DNA from: Eledone cirrhosa
Lineage: Eukaryota
Assembly: GCA_964016885.1 (NCBI GenBank)
Contig: OZ024741.1
Coordinates: 331,948,001 to 332,012,000 of the forward strand
Length of the DNA stretch: 64,000 bases
Reading direction: 5' to 3'
Positions 41,733-53,930 of this stretch are shown here, one piece after another. The notes under the pieces were generated by a model. The model was not told where the DNA came from and did not search any database. It saw only the letters and a program-made list of their open reading frames with translations. Both the position numbers and the translations under genes were made by a program. Every line of letters begins with the position of its first letter. The stretch's first letter is position 1.

Positions 41733-41885
41733 TCATCATCATCATCATCATCAACGTTTAACGTCCGTGTTCCACGCTTGCATGGGTTTGGACGGGGGTA
41801 GTCCCACTTGAGGCAAGAGTGATTGTCTTGCTCGCATAGGACTGTCTGGCAGGTTTTCTACAGTTGGATGCCCTTCCTAACACCA
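41733..41885 (-). mobile_element. RTE tail fragment, inverted identical copy of 41044-41199
   Basis: Base-for-base reverse complement by eye. Confidence 0.9.
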
Positions 41886-41924
41886 TATATTTATATATAC
41901 ATATATATATATACATATATATAC

Positions 41925-42010
<86 letters not shown>

Positions 42011-42100
42011 GTTTATATATATATGTGTGTGTGTGTGTGTATGTGGGAAAGAGAGAATGTGAGTGCAAACGTTTGTGTGTACGTATATATCATTATCATA

Positions 42101-42287
42101 CGGTGGATTGGCAGTATCAGTAGAGGGTTGGACGCCATGCTTTCCACCATAGTTACGTCCCTTTACGATCTGAGTTCAAATCCCGCCGAGGTTGACTTTG
42201 CCTTTCATCCTTACGGGGTCGATAAAATAAAGTACCAGTAATGCACTGGATAATTGCTTGCCTTGTGCCTAAAGTAGAAACAATTAT
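42101..42287 (+). mobile_element. tRNA/Meta-domain SINE
   Basis: Near-identical to 18665-18850 and 33223-33407. Confidence 0.9.
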
Positions 42288-42348
42288 CATATATATATAT
42301 ATAGTGATGAAACATAAGTTAATTGCATGAACTCATAATTCTTTATTT

Positions 42349-42400
42349 ACTGCTATATTTCGATGATAGCCATTGAATGGCTATGACCTCATCAGGCAGT
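42349..42400 (-). ncRNA. Minimal type I hammerhead ribozyme in a ~170-bp (TA)n-flanked element
   Basis: Minus strand: ACTGC-CTGATGA-GGTCATAGCCA-TTCAA-TGGCTATCATC-GAAA-T-ATA-GCAGT. Stem III is reduced to palindromic ATAT. Confidence 0.8.
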
Positions 42401-42650
42401 TAGTCAGTTCTTAGATATGCCAGCTCTGTGTTTATAGTGTTTATAGTGTCCCAGACCCTTGGGACATATATATATATAGGTACATCTTCATCATCACCAT
42501 TTATTGTTTATTTCCATGCTAGCATGGGTTATATATACACACACACACACAGTCTTTCATACACAAATGTAATGTAGGGTGGAAGCATATGCTGAACTGT
42601 TTGTAAAAGGCGTAAATATTATATATGAATTTCATATCAGTTTGTAAGTC

Positions 42651-42723
<73 letters not shown>

Positions 42724-43198
42724 CATGCATGTATGCATATATATATAATTATATGCAATTATATATATATATATATAAACAATTATGTGTGTATATATAC
42801 ACACATTTACATGTATATGTATTAGTACAGACATAGTCTTTACACATACACATATCACACACACACACAATACACACACTCACCCAATGCATATACACAT
42901 ATTACTATCTGAAAATTCTCTTTCAGCACTCCCTGGAAAAGCAATTTGTTCTGTCAACACTCTGTTTGCATGTAATATTGAGAGAGGAAATTTTTAATAG
43001 ATTTTGCTCATTAGTTTCTACGGCCATTTTCCATTAATATGCTAAGGTATATTTATCATCTTTTTGAAGGCCTATTTCAATGAGAGATTTTTATTTGTAA
43101 AGAGAATTATCTATTGTTTATCGGTGTGATTTTCCCCATTCCTAAAAGCAGTAGTGATTAGTTTTCTAAAAGAGGCAAGCGCAGTTGATGATATAACT

Positions 43199-43238
<40 letters not shown>

Positions 43239-43706
43239 GTGTGCATGTGTGTGTGTGATCATGTGACAGAGCAGTGATCAGATAGCATCCATGAGAAGAT
43301 TCCTGGAGATTAGTTTTTCAAGAGGAAGGTGAAGAAATATATGTTTGAATATAGAGCGCGAGTAGGAAGTGAAAAGAGAATTTTGGTTTCTGGAATGCAA
43401 TTGAAATTCTTCCTTGTATCCAACTAACAAGAATGAATTTAGAAGAAAATGGTAAAAATGGTGAAAATGGTAATGATGTTGTTTACATGATTCCAGTATT
43501 CTATTCTTCATATATATTTATAGAGTGAAATGAACTTTAATTTTTGCAATTCATTGTCATATCTGAACAGTTGAGATATTTATCAAAAATATGACGTGAG
43601 CGTAAGTGAATACACACACACATAGATATATATATATGCATACATAGAAAAGGCTTGCCAAATACTAGTCCAAAATGCTAGGTATCCCTGGCAGTTTTAC
43701 TTTCCT

Positions 43707-43738
<32 letters not shown>

Positions 43739-43751
43739 CTGTATATATATA

Positions 43752-43895
43752 TTATGTCTATCTGTTCTCTCCTTATCCAAACTTTCCTGAAGAAAGACTT
43801 CTATCCGAAACGTTGAACCTCCTTCATTTCCTCCAAGTGTGAACCTATTATAACAGTGTAATTTTGCCTCCTGTGTTTTGTTATGTTTCATTCAT

Positions 43896-43900
<5 letters not shown>
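43752..43900 (+). mobile_element. Solo PLE 3'-end fragment with a decayed minimal HHR (43783-43817)
   Basis: TTTC-CTGAAGA-AAGACTTCTATCC-GAAA-CGTT-GAA. The tail resembles that of the 36170 PLE and 29095-29180. Confidence 0.6.
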
Positions 43901-43940
<40 letters not shown>

Positions 43941-43944
<4 letters not shown>

Positions 43945-45266
43945 TTAGTGAGGCAACTACAAGAGAGGTTCTTAGAGAAGAATAAGCCACTATACTTAGC
44001 TTTTGTTGATCTAGAGAAGGCCTTTGCTAGAGTACCCCGATCTGTCATCTGGTGGTCCCTAAGGAAACTAGGTGTACATAGCTTGTGAGGACAGAGCAAG
44101 CTATGTACAGGGGTGTTGTCAGTAAAATGAGAGTAGGAATGAAGTTTAGTGAGGAATCCCAGATACAAGTAGGAGTACATCAGGGTTCGGTCCTCAGCCC
44201 GCTCTTGTTCATTATAGTCCTCCAATCCATAACAGAAGAGTTTAAGACTGGCTACCCATGGGAACTTCTCTATGCTGACGATCTGGTACTTATAGCAGAA
44301 TCAGTAGAAGAGCTAGAGAATAAATTCTGGCTATGGAAACAGCAGCTGGAATTAAGAGGACTGAGAGTAAATCTAGCTAAGACAAAGGTGTTGATAAGTA
44401 GCAAAGAGGACAAAACTCTGGTTCCATCAGGGAAATGGCCATGTTCAATATGTAGGAAAGGAGTTGGCATAAATTCTATAAAATGTACACAATGCAGATC
44501 TTGGGTACATAAGAGATGTAGTGGGATAGCAGGCAAGCTAACAGGCAGGGAAAACTATATATGCAGTAGATGTACAGGGAAATTTGACAGTAGTTGTCAC
44601 AGTAATAGACACATTTTTCAAATGCAGGTACGACCTGTAGATGTGGTTTATAGCTTCCGGTATCTAGGTGATCAGATTAATAAGGGAGGAGGGTACTTCA
44701 AGGCCATAGTATCCAGAATAAGGATGGGTTGGAAGAAGTAGTTTAGGGAGCTGCTTCCTCTGTTGACAAAGAAGGGTTTCTCCCTACGAATGAAAGGCTG
44801 GTTATATGATGCCTGTGTGAGATGCACGATGCTGCATGGTAGTGAGACATGGGCAGCAACTGTGGAAGATATGTGACAGCTGGAGAGAAATGAAGCAAGT
44901 ATGCTCCGTTGGATGTGCAATGTCAATGTACATGAATGACCAAGCATAGACGAGTTGAGAGAGAAACTGTGTATAAGAGGGATAGGCTGTAGTGTGCGGG
45001 AGAGAAGACTGCATTGGTATGGACATGTGATGTGCATAGAGGATGACCGCTGGGTAAAGAAGTGCCAAGAAATCCCAGTAGAAGGAAGGCACAGTCCAGG
45101 AAGACCATGAAAAACATGGGCGGAGGTGGTGAGAGCAGACCTCAGATTGCTGAAGTTCATGGAGGAAATGACAAAGGACTGACTGGAGAGATGCTGTGCT
45201 GAATAGGACCCGTCCCACCCTTGCAAGCAGGGAAAAGCAGGCGTAAAATGATGATGATGATGATGA

Positions 45267-45270
<4 letters not shown>
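43941..45270 (+). mobile_element. RTE LINE pseudo-ORF (RT + PHD-like finger + C-terminus), short 3'UTR
   Basis: Encodes AFVDLEKAF, GVHQGSVLSPLLF, LLYADDL, CSICRKGVG..SIKCTQCRSWVHKRC..YICSRC, FRYLG, MLHGSETW. Has frameshifts and stops. (ATG)n tail. Confidence 0.93.
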
Positions 45271-45313
<43 letters not shown>

Positions 45314-45633
45314 TGTCATCCTTGTCATTGTTTAACATCCACTTTCTTTGCTAGCAAGGATTGGACAAGTCTTCACAGACTAACACAGTATTGAAGCAGG
45401 GCGACTGACCTCCCAGACGGGCTGGGGTTTGCATCTTGCTTCCACACACTTCCATGTACATTTTATATTGGCACCAACATTAACAAGTTGTCAAGTCTGT
45501 GGCATAACTGAAGGATATTTCTGAACCTTTGTCAGGTTTTCTATGGCTGGTTCACTTTCTCTTATGAACCACCTTATAGACTGTGATGGTGCATTTATAG
45601 TGAAAAACACATGTATGTGTGTGTATATATACT

Positions 45634-45683
<50 letters not shown>

Positions 45684-46036
45684 AATATATATATACACAC
45701 ACGCACAAATATAAAATTATATGCATATACATACATATTCACAAATACACAAATAAATAAGGCAATGATATCTATGACAATATATTATTACATAAAATAA
45801 TTTATATTAGATATATATGTTATATATATATATGTTATATATATATATGTGTGCACGCATATGAATGTCATATTCAAAGACTACTATGGTGTAGTATACA
45901 TGTGTATAGACCTGTCTGTATATCACATAAATGTATATACATACATTTATATACCTGTGTGTGTGTGTATATAAATATATATATATATGTATGTATGTGT
46001 GTATATATATATATATATACACTGATATATATATAT

Positions 46037-46378
46037 GCAACCCTGATGGTATCCAATGATGTTGACTTGTTCTTCTTTTTGGTAAATATCATCTTGGTTA
46101 AGAGAGTGGGACTGGCTTTGTGCAGTGCCGTTGCTCACTATAAAAGCTTCACGGCACAGGCATTGCTTTATATCTGGAGATCTCTCTGCACTTGTCGTCA
46201 CATGGTACCATGGGCCCAGCACTATGTGTCAATAATTGTTACAAATGTAGTGTTTGTACCAGAGTTTTCAAGTCGCTGGCTGGACTAAAAAGCCACACTC
46301 GTTCAGCGCATCGGTAGGGGTTCTCCTACATGGATATAAAGTAGTGGCCGTACTCGAAAACGAGTTGGCAGCCACCAT
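46037..46378 (+). mobile_element. Bipartite RTE derivative, truncated copy of 1439-1780
   Basis: Near-identical reverse complement of 1439-1780. Confidence 0.85.
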
Positions 46379-47127
46379 ATATATATATATATATATATAC
46401 ACATACATATGTATAAATCTATGTGTATATATATATATATATGTATATACACACACACACACATCTCTGTGTATGTAAGTGTGTATGTGTTTGTGTGTGT
46501 GTGTGTGTGTGTGTATGTGTGTGTGTGTATGTGTGTGTGTGTGTGTTCTACAAAAACCACATTTCTTCTGTACTATGATGATAGAATATATTAGTTTTGC
46601 AACAGTAACATCTCCATAGAAAGCATGTATGTCAATTTTAGATTGTAAAGATTTGGGGGCAGGAAATGAGAAGATCAAAGGAACGTATATGAAATTAGAT
46701 GCAGCATTATATATTTTTTCCATTTTATACTACAAAATGAATATGATAACTGCTGGCAGTAAAAACCTTAATTTTGGCATCTATCTCTCCCCTTAGCATC
46801 TTCCAGTGCCAGCCCTTATTCATCTAATTAACTGCCTGTCATATATCACAACCTTTATTAGCTGAACATTTACCTACCTGTCACTGCACTTGCAAGGGAA
46901 ATTAAGGAAACATGAGACTAACAACAACAAAAACATTTCACATTTTAAGGCCATTTTCTCTGGCTCTGTGGCAACGAAGTTTTGCTCTGTAATCCCCTGG
47001 CTTCTAGTTTAATCTATCTACTTAGTACTTGAGCAAGTGTTTTCTACAGAACGTTTTTATGTTAAGTAATGCCTTGTGGATGAAATTGGTAGATGGAAAC
47101 TGTAAGGAAGCCTATACACACACACAC

Positions 47128-47532
47128 ATCATCATCACCATCATCACCGTTTTACATCCGTTCTTCCACGCTAGCATGGGTTAGACGGGTTGTCCTGTTG
47201 TGGGCAGTGTCTGGTCGGCTGACCATGCCTTGCTCATACAGGAACTGATTTGGCTTGATTTCTACAGCTGGATGCCCTTCCTAACACCAACCTCATTTAC
47301 AGTGAGTGCTGGGTGCTTTTTCGTGGCGCCTACACGTCCACTTTACAGTGTGGGCTGGGTGCTTTTTTGCCGTGGCACCTCCACGACCACCTTGCAGTGG
47401 GAGGGTGTGGGGGCATATTGTCTATATGCTTCAGCTTGTACCCATGGGAGGTCGGGTACTCTGTATTACTGCATGACGCCAGAGGTCACGGTCGTGTGTC
47501 ATCGCCTTTGAGAGGTGTAATTGGGTAAGGTC
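47128..47532 (-). mobile_element. RTE 3' fragment (same subfamily as 9672-10253)
   Basis: Near-identical reverse complement of 9855-10253. Another copy lies at 51218-51632 (+). Confidence 0.88.
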
Positions 47533-47635
47533 ACATACACATATATACCTAGTGATTTAATCCTGGTATGTATATAAGCATTTCTAACATTAATTTTTAC
47601 TTAATTATGTATGGTTGACCGTATATTTAATTAAT

Positions 47636-49215
47636 TTCCATTTTGTCGACTTGGAGAAAGCCTTCGACAGAGTCCCCCGTTCCATTATCTGGTGGGCTCT
47701 TATAAAACTAGGTGTTGATGAATGGCTTGTGAGAGCTATACAAGCCATGTATAAAGAAACAGTCAGCAAGGTTAGAATTAACAACGAATATAGTGAAGAG
47801 TTTAGCGTTCTTAGCCCCCTACTATTTATTATTGCCCTTCAGGCTATAACAGTGGAGTCCAAGACCGGCTGCCTATGGGAACTCCTATACGCAGATGATC
47901 TAACGCTCATAGCTGAATCAATGGCTGAACTAGAGAAGAAATTCCAAACATGGAAGCATGGCCTAGAATCAAAAGGCCTTAAAATTAACCTGTCTAAGAC
48001 TAAAGTTCTAGTTTGTAGGAAGGAAAATAGGGCGCCGGTCCCATCCAGGAAATCGCCATGCTCAGTGTGTAGGAAAGGAGTAGGTAGAAACTCCATTTTA
48101 TGTCCCAAACGCAAAGTATGGGTGCATAAAAGATGTAGTGGTGAGCTAAGTAAGAACATAGATTTTATATGTGGCCGGTGTTCTGGTGCAATAAGTAGCA
48201 GCAAGTGCCCACAGAATACTAGCTCTTTCAATTGCACAGATGGTTCTATAGAAATAGTGGACAACTTCCGTTACTTGGGTGACAAAATCAGCAGTGGGGG
48301 AGGGTGCTAGAGTCAGAACTGGATGGAAAAATTTCAGAGAGCTTATACCACTATTAGCCGCTAAAGGGTTCTCCCTAAAAATGAAAGGCAGGCTGTATGA
48401 TGCCTGCATATGAATAGCAATGTTACATGGCAGTGAGACCTGGGCATTGTGCGCAGAGGATATACGCAGACTGGAGAGGAACGAAGCTTGCATCCTCCGC
48501 TGGATGTGTAATAGTAATATACGTGAACGGCAAAGCATAAGCGAACTGAGGGAAAAATTAGAAATAAGAGGGATCAGATGTTGTTTACTCGAGAGAAGAC
48601 TACGTTGGTATGGTCACGTGATGCGCATGAAAGACGACAGCTGTATAAAAAAGTGCAGGGCAATAAAAATAGACGGTAGCGACGGAGTAGGCAGACCCAG
48701 AAAAACCTGGGACGACTTGATAAATTCCGACCTCACACACTTACACCTCTCCAAGGCAATGTCACTGGACCGAGATCTTTGGCGCTACACAGTAATACAG
48801 AAGACCCGCCTTACCTAAGTACAAAGTGAAACCTACTAGTCAGTAAGCACCTCTAACAAAAATACACCCCCCGTCCCACTACCCACCACCCCATCCACAC
48901 TACCCCTTTCAATGTAAAGTTATGTTATGTTGGTACCACAACATCCAGGCCGAAACAAATGAGGTCGTGTAGGTGTCACGACAAAAAAACACACAGTCCA
49001 CGCTGTAATGTGGCCGTGTAGGTAACACGGTAAAAACCTCCCAGTTCCACACTCTAAACGTGGTTGGTGTTAGGAAGGGCATCCAGCTATAAAAAACCCG
49101 CCAGACAGTCCTATGCGAGCAAGACAACCACTCTTGCCTCAAGTGGGAAAACTCCCGTCCAAACCCATGCAAGCATGGAAGATGGACGTTAAACGATGAT
49201 GATGATGATGATGAT
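47636..49215 (+). mobile_element. RTE LINE pseudo-ORF with long 3'UTR
   Basis: Encodes FVDLEKAFDRVPR, LLYADDL, PHD-like Cys block, [34 protein letters not shown]. (GAT)n tail. Confidence 0.93.
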
Positions 49216-49236
49216 GCATATATATATATAACTCAA

Positions 49237-49615
49237 CATCATCATCATTTTACGTCCACTTTTCACTGCTTGCAAGGGTGGGATGGGAACTGATTCTGGC
49301 TTGATTTCTACAGCTGGATGCCCTTCCTAACACCAACCTCATTTATAGTGAGTGCTGGGTGCTTTTTTTCCATGGCGCCTACACGTCCACTTTACAGTGT
49401 GGGCTGGGTGCTTTGTTGCCGTGGCCCCTCCACGACCACTTTGTGCAGTGGAATGATAGGGACCCCAGTCCCTATCATTTCATTTCTACAGCTGAGTAAA
49501 CTGGAGCAATGTGAAATAAAGTGTCTTGCTCAAGGAAACAACACATCACCCGGTCTGAGAATTGAACTCACAACCTTTCGATTGCAAGGCTCTAACCACT
49601 AAGACATGTGCCTCC

Positions 49616-49617
<2 letters not shown>
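49237..49617 (-). mobile_element. tRNA-CORE-RTE-tail composite SINE with one extra internal unit
   Basis: Reverse complement of 41266-41608. Confidence 0.85.
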
Positions 49618-49678
<61 letters not shown>

Positions 49679-49689
49679 GTATATATATG

Positions 49690-49744
<55 letters not shown>

Positions 49745-49749
49745 GTATA

Positions 49750-49834
<85 letters not shown>

Positions 49835-49974
49835 CTCAAGTGGCACAACTCCCGTCTAACCCATGCTAGCGTGGAAGATGGACGTTAAACGATGATGATG
49901 ATGATGATATATGATATATATAGTTCTATCTAATGGTGAACCAACAAACCCATATATATATATATATGATATAC

Positions 49975-50360
49975 ACCCTAATCCACTACCCCTACACTAT
50001 CCTCCCACTCCCACCAACACGACCCTCTCTCTGTAAAGTTGGTACCACAACATCCAGTCCAAATAAATGAGATAATGCGATCAAGATCGTGTAGGTGTCA
50101 CAACAAAAAAAAAAAAAAAAAAAATACTCACAGTCCATGCTGTAATGTGGTCGTGTAGGTAACACGGTAAAAAGTTCCCAGTTCCACACTGTAAATGTGG
50201 TTGGTGTTAGGAAGGGCATCCAGCCGTAGAAAGCCTGCCAGGTAGTCCTATATGAGCGAGACATGGTCACCCGACCAACCTTGCCTCAAGTGGCACAACT
50301 CCCGTCTGACCCATGCTAGCATGGAAGATGGACGTTAAACGATGATGATGATGATGCTGA
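49975..50360 (+). mobile_element. RTE 3'UTR fragment
   Basis: Matches 4680-5032. Confidence 0.8.
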
Positions 50361-50650
50361 TAGAACAGAAGAGATAAATGGAAAGTACTTGATTATGAAT
50401 ACTGGTGGAAGACAAAAGTTGAGAACAAAGAACAAATCCTCCTAAAGTAATAAAAGAAAAATAGTTGCTGCATGGTTTGGCTGGTTATAGGACTCAACTG
50501 GTTTAGTGTGGTGTCTGCACAAATAGAGGAAAAAATAGCTTACTTTGGCTTTCAGCTTGGAGAGGAACTTTCCAGGTGTCGGTCCATGGATTCTCAGAAG
50601 CCCTAAATAAATAGATAATAAAATAAATTATGTATATATATATATATATA

Positions 50651-51112
50651 GTTAAAAGAATAGAGGTGTAACACACAAGTTATTATATATTGGTAAACGG
50701 AATAGAAAATGCTGACAAATTGTTCACAGTTGAAAAATGGTTTAATTAGGAATAAAAGAGTATTAGTGATTGTATGGGTTAGTATTCAGTTGTGGTTTTA
50801 AGTTTTTAAGTTTTTACCGGTTGCGCATTTCTAAATGCTTTTCAAAAATAATTTTGAGATAGAGTGTCCGTGCTGTTTGCTCTGATCTGATCAGATCTGA
50901 TCTGATCTGATCAGAGCAAACAGCACGGACACTCTATCTCAAAATTATTTTTGAAAAGCATTTAGAAATGCGCAACCGGTAAAAACTTAAAAACTTAAAA
51001 CCACAACTGAATACTAACCCATACAATCACTAATACTCTTTTATTCCTAATTAAACCATTTTTCAACTGTGAACAATTTGTCAGCATTTTCTATTCCGTT
51101 TACCAATATATA
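50651..51112 (-). mobile_element. Young fold-back element: perfect ~204-bp inverted arms plus ~33-nt tail, in (TA)n
   Basis: Arms 50684-50887 and 50909-51112 are identical by eye. The spacer is made of GATCT/GATCA pentamers. Extra tail 50651-50683 on one side only. Confidence 0.9.
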
Positions 51113-51602
51113 TATATATATATACACACATAAACACAAATAGGAACGAACTGTATGGTTGTATTAAATACATGCAAACACACATATATGTAGATTTATA
51201 TAATACACACACACATTAGCCGACCTTACCCAATTACACCTCTCAAAGGCGATGACACACGACCATGACCTCTGACATCACGCAGTAATACAGAGTACCC
51301 GACCTCCCATGGGTACAAGCTGAAGCATTTAGACAATATTCCCCCACACCCTCCCACTGCAAGGCGGTCGTGGCGGTGCCACGGCAAGAAAGCACCAAGC
51401 CCACGCTGTAAAGTGGATGTGTAGGCGCCACGGAAAAAGCACCCACCACTCACTGTAAATGAGGTGAGTGTTAGGAAGGGCATCCAGCTGTAGAAATCAA
51501 GCCAAAATCAGCCCCTGTTGTGTCTGGTCAGTCGACCAGACACTGCCCACAACAGGACAACCTGTCTAACCATGCTAGCATGGAAGAATGGACGTAAAAC
51601 GG

Positions 51603-51633
<31 letters not shown>

Positions 51634-52044
51634 ATGTATATATATATGTAGAAGGTGAGTAATATTGTAGAACAATAAAACTATGCATATATCAGATATG
51701 TATACATATATATGTATAAATATGTATATATATATATACATATTTATACATATATATGTATATATATGCATATTTATACATATTTATACATATATATGTA
51801 TATACATATTTATACATATATACGTGTGTATATATATATATTCTTTCCTATATATCTTTTAATAATATATAAGGAAAAAACATACACCTAGAGTTACTGG
51901 AAGAGAAATTGTAAGAAAATTTAAGCTCAATGTTTTTATGCACTTACAGATAGAAATATAGCGAGAAAAATTCTAAGAGGAAATAAACATATTTATCTGA
52001 TATAGAAATAACTTCTACCAGAAAAGAGAGTATTCAATTCATAC

Positions 52045-52360
52045 AGTGTTTAGAAGATATAAGAGGAATCAGATGTAGTGTGTCTGAAAAACGACTGCTT
52101 GTGTATGAACATGTGATGAATATGGATGATGACCATTGGGTGAAAAAGTGCCAAAAAATCCCAGCGGAAGAAAGCCACAGTAGAGGGTGACCAGGAAGAC
52201 CTGGATGAAAGTGTTGAAAGCTGATCTGAAATCACTGACCCCCATAGAGAAGGTGACGAAGGACCGCAATGAATAGGGGAATACTATGTTGGAAAAGTCT
52301 TGTCCAACCCATTCAAGCATGGAAAGCCAATGTAAGAATGACAGCAATGATGATGATGAT
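52045..52360 (+). mobile_element. Old RTE 3' fragment
   Basis: IRGIRCSV..KRL..YEHVM..., G.PGRPG/KTW-like remnants, (GAT)n tail. Confidence 0.7.
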
Positions 52361-53519
52361 ATATATATATACATAAAATATATATGTACGTATATATATA
52401 TATATGTATGTATATATATATATATGTGTGTGTGTGTGTATGCATGTATATGTTTATATATACATACACACACACACGTGTCCAATGTCCACATATATAC
52501 ATATACATACACACCTGCAATATGCCTTGTTGTGCATTTAGCAGGAAATTAATTGCTGAAGAGAGAGAGTTAAAATGTAGTTATATTAATGAATACCAAT
52601 AAATGTTGATTGGACAAGTGGATGTTGCGATGTTCAGGTGACTGTTAGAGAAAGGGTCAAACTGAATACGGAGGTTTTATAGGTAGAGGGACTTGCTACA
52701 GAAATGATTGACAAAAGAAATCTCTTAAGTTCTTTCTCAAAGTAAAAGCATTAGATATTCTTAACTTCTTTTCTTTTCCTTCTTTTTTTTATTCTTTATT
52801 TGATAGAAATGGCAAAATAGGAATGGTTCTGAAGAATTTATAGCCTAAAGGTAGACATTGGCAAATCTACTTATCTTCACACCATCTCACTTTGTCTTCT
52901 ATCTGAAAGGAATTCCTTGCTATTTTCAGACTATTACTAAATATAAGAAATTTTCTCTTATATCGACATTGATTTTTCTACTCTTTCAACAATACGAATT
53001 CCACTAATTTCATCTGCGGTGCTGGCAAATAAAAGGTTATAGAACACTTTAAGTCTTTTGTGGCATTCAATAAGGAAACAAAAAAAGAAATTGTTTCATT
53101 CCGCAAGAAAATGAATATCTTTTTTCTGTTTGTTTTTGTTTTTTTTTTTGCTTTTTGCTTTTTTCCCCCTTTTCTATTCTTTTTTTTTTTTTCAAGGCAT
53201 TTAATCTTCTTAATTCCTATATTTCTCTTATTATAAGTCTGATGGGATTTTACATAAAGCCACGTCATATTTTTACTTTGGTTGCCTCAATTACCGATAC
53301 CTCTTCTTGTGACAGCCAAATCTTTGGACTTACTCTATACTTTGCAAATAAATGGCACTTTCATCGTGTTTACTATTCTTAGTGCTTCATACTTATATCA
53401 TTATCAATTCGTGATTACATCTTTTTGTTTTTAGTTTTATTTATTCATTTTAAAAAATTCTTTATTTATTTGTTACTTGAATCAGTTGTGGAGCTGTAAA
53501 AATACACAAACATCTCACA

Positions 53520-53930
53520 GGTGGTAATAATGTTTCACCTGGTTTAACTGCTCCATCCTACAACAACTGAATATCTACCTGTGCTCTCAGAGGCATTGCT
53601 CCTGCACCACACAGACAGGTAACTAGGCCCACAATAGACCTAAGTCCTCTGCTCCATGACATGGCAGAGGATTCTCAGCTACTGACCAACATCACTTAAT
53701 GTCACGCCACCCTTTCCTTCACCACTCAGCAAAGCTGCAAAACTCGTGTTTTCAAAATGTTTCCGACATGGAGAGCTATCTGGCAACAGACATCTCAACC
53801 TACTTAACTGAATGTCAACCTAAATACAGCTCCCACCCACAGGTGCTAACCTCTCTAGGAGGGAGTGGGTGTACCTGAATTGGCTATGAACAGGCATTGG
53901 CCAATTCAATGCAGCCATGCACTGCTGAGA
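53520..53930 (+). mobile_element. Decayed Vingi/Ingi-like LINE C-terminal fragment
   Basis: Encodes LPVLS.GIAP and LSRREWVYLNWL*TGIGQFNAAMH (W..LNRLRTG.GR motif). Followed by (AAAATAATTTACAG) x4. Confidence 0.55.

Noticed and set aside
43941-49215. Active RTE elements
   Set aside because: Both copies are 5'-truncated (no endonuclease) with frameshifts and stops.
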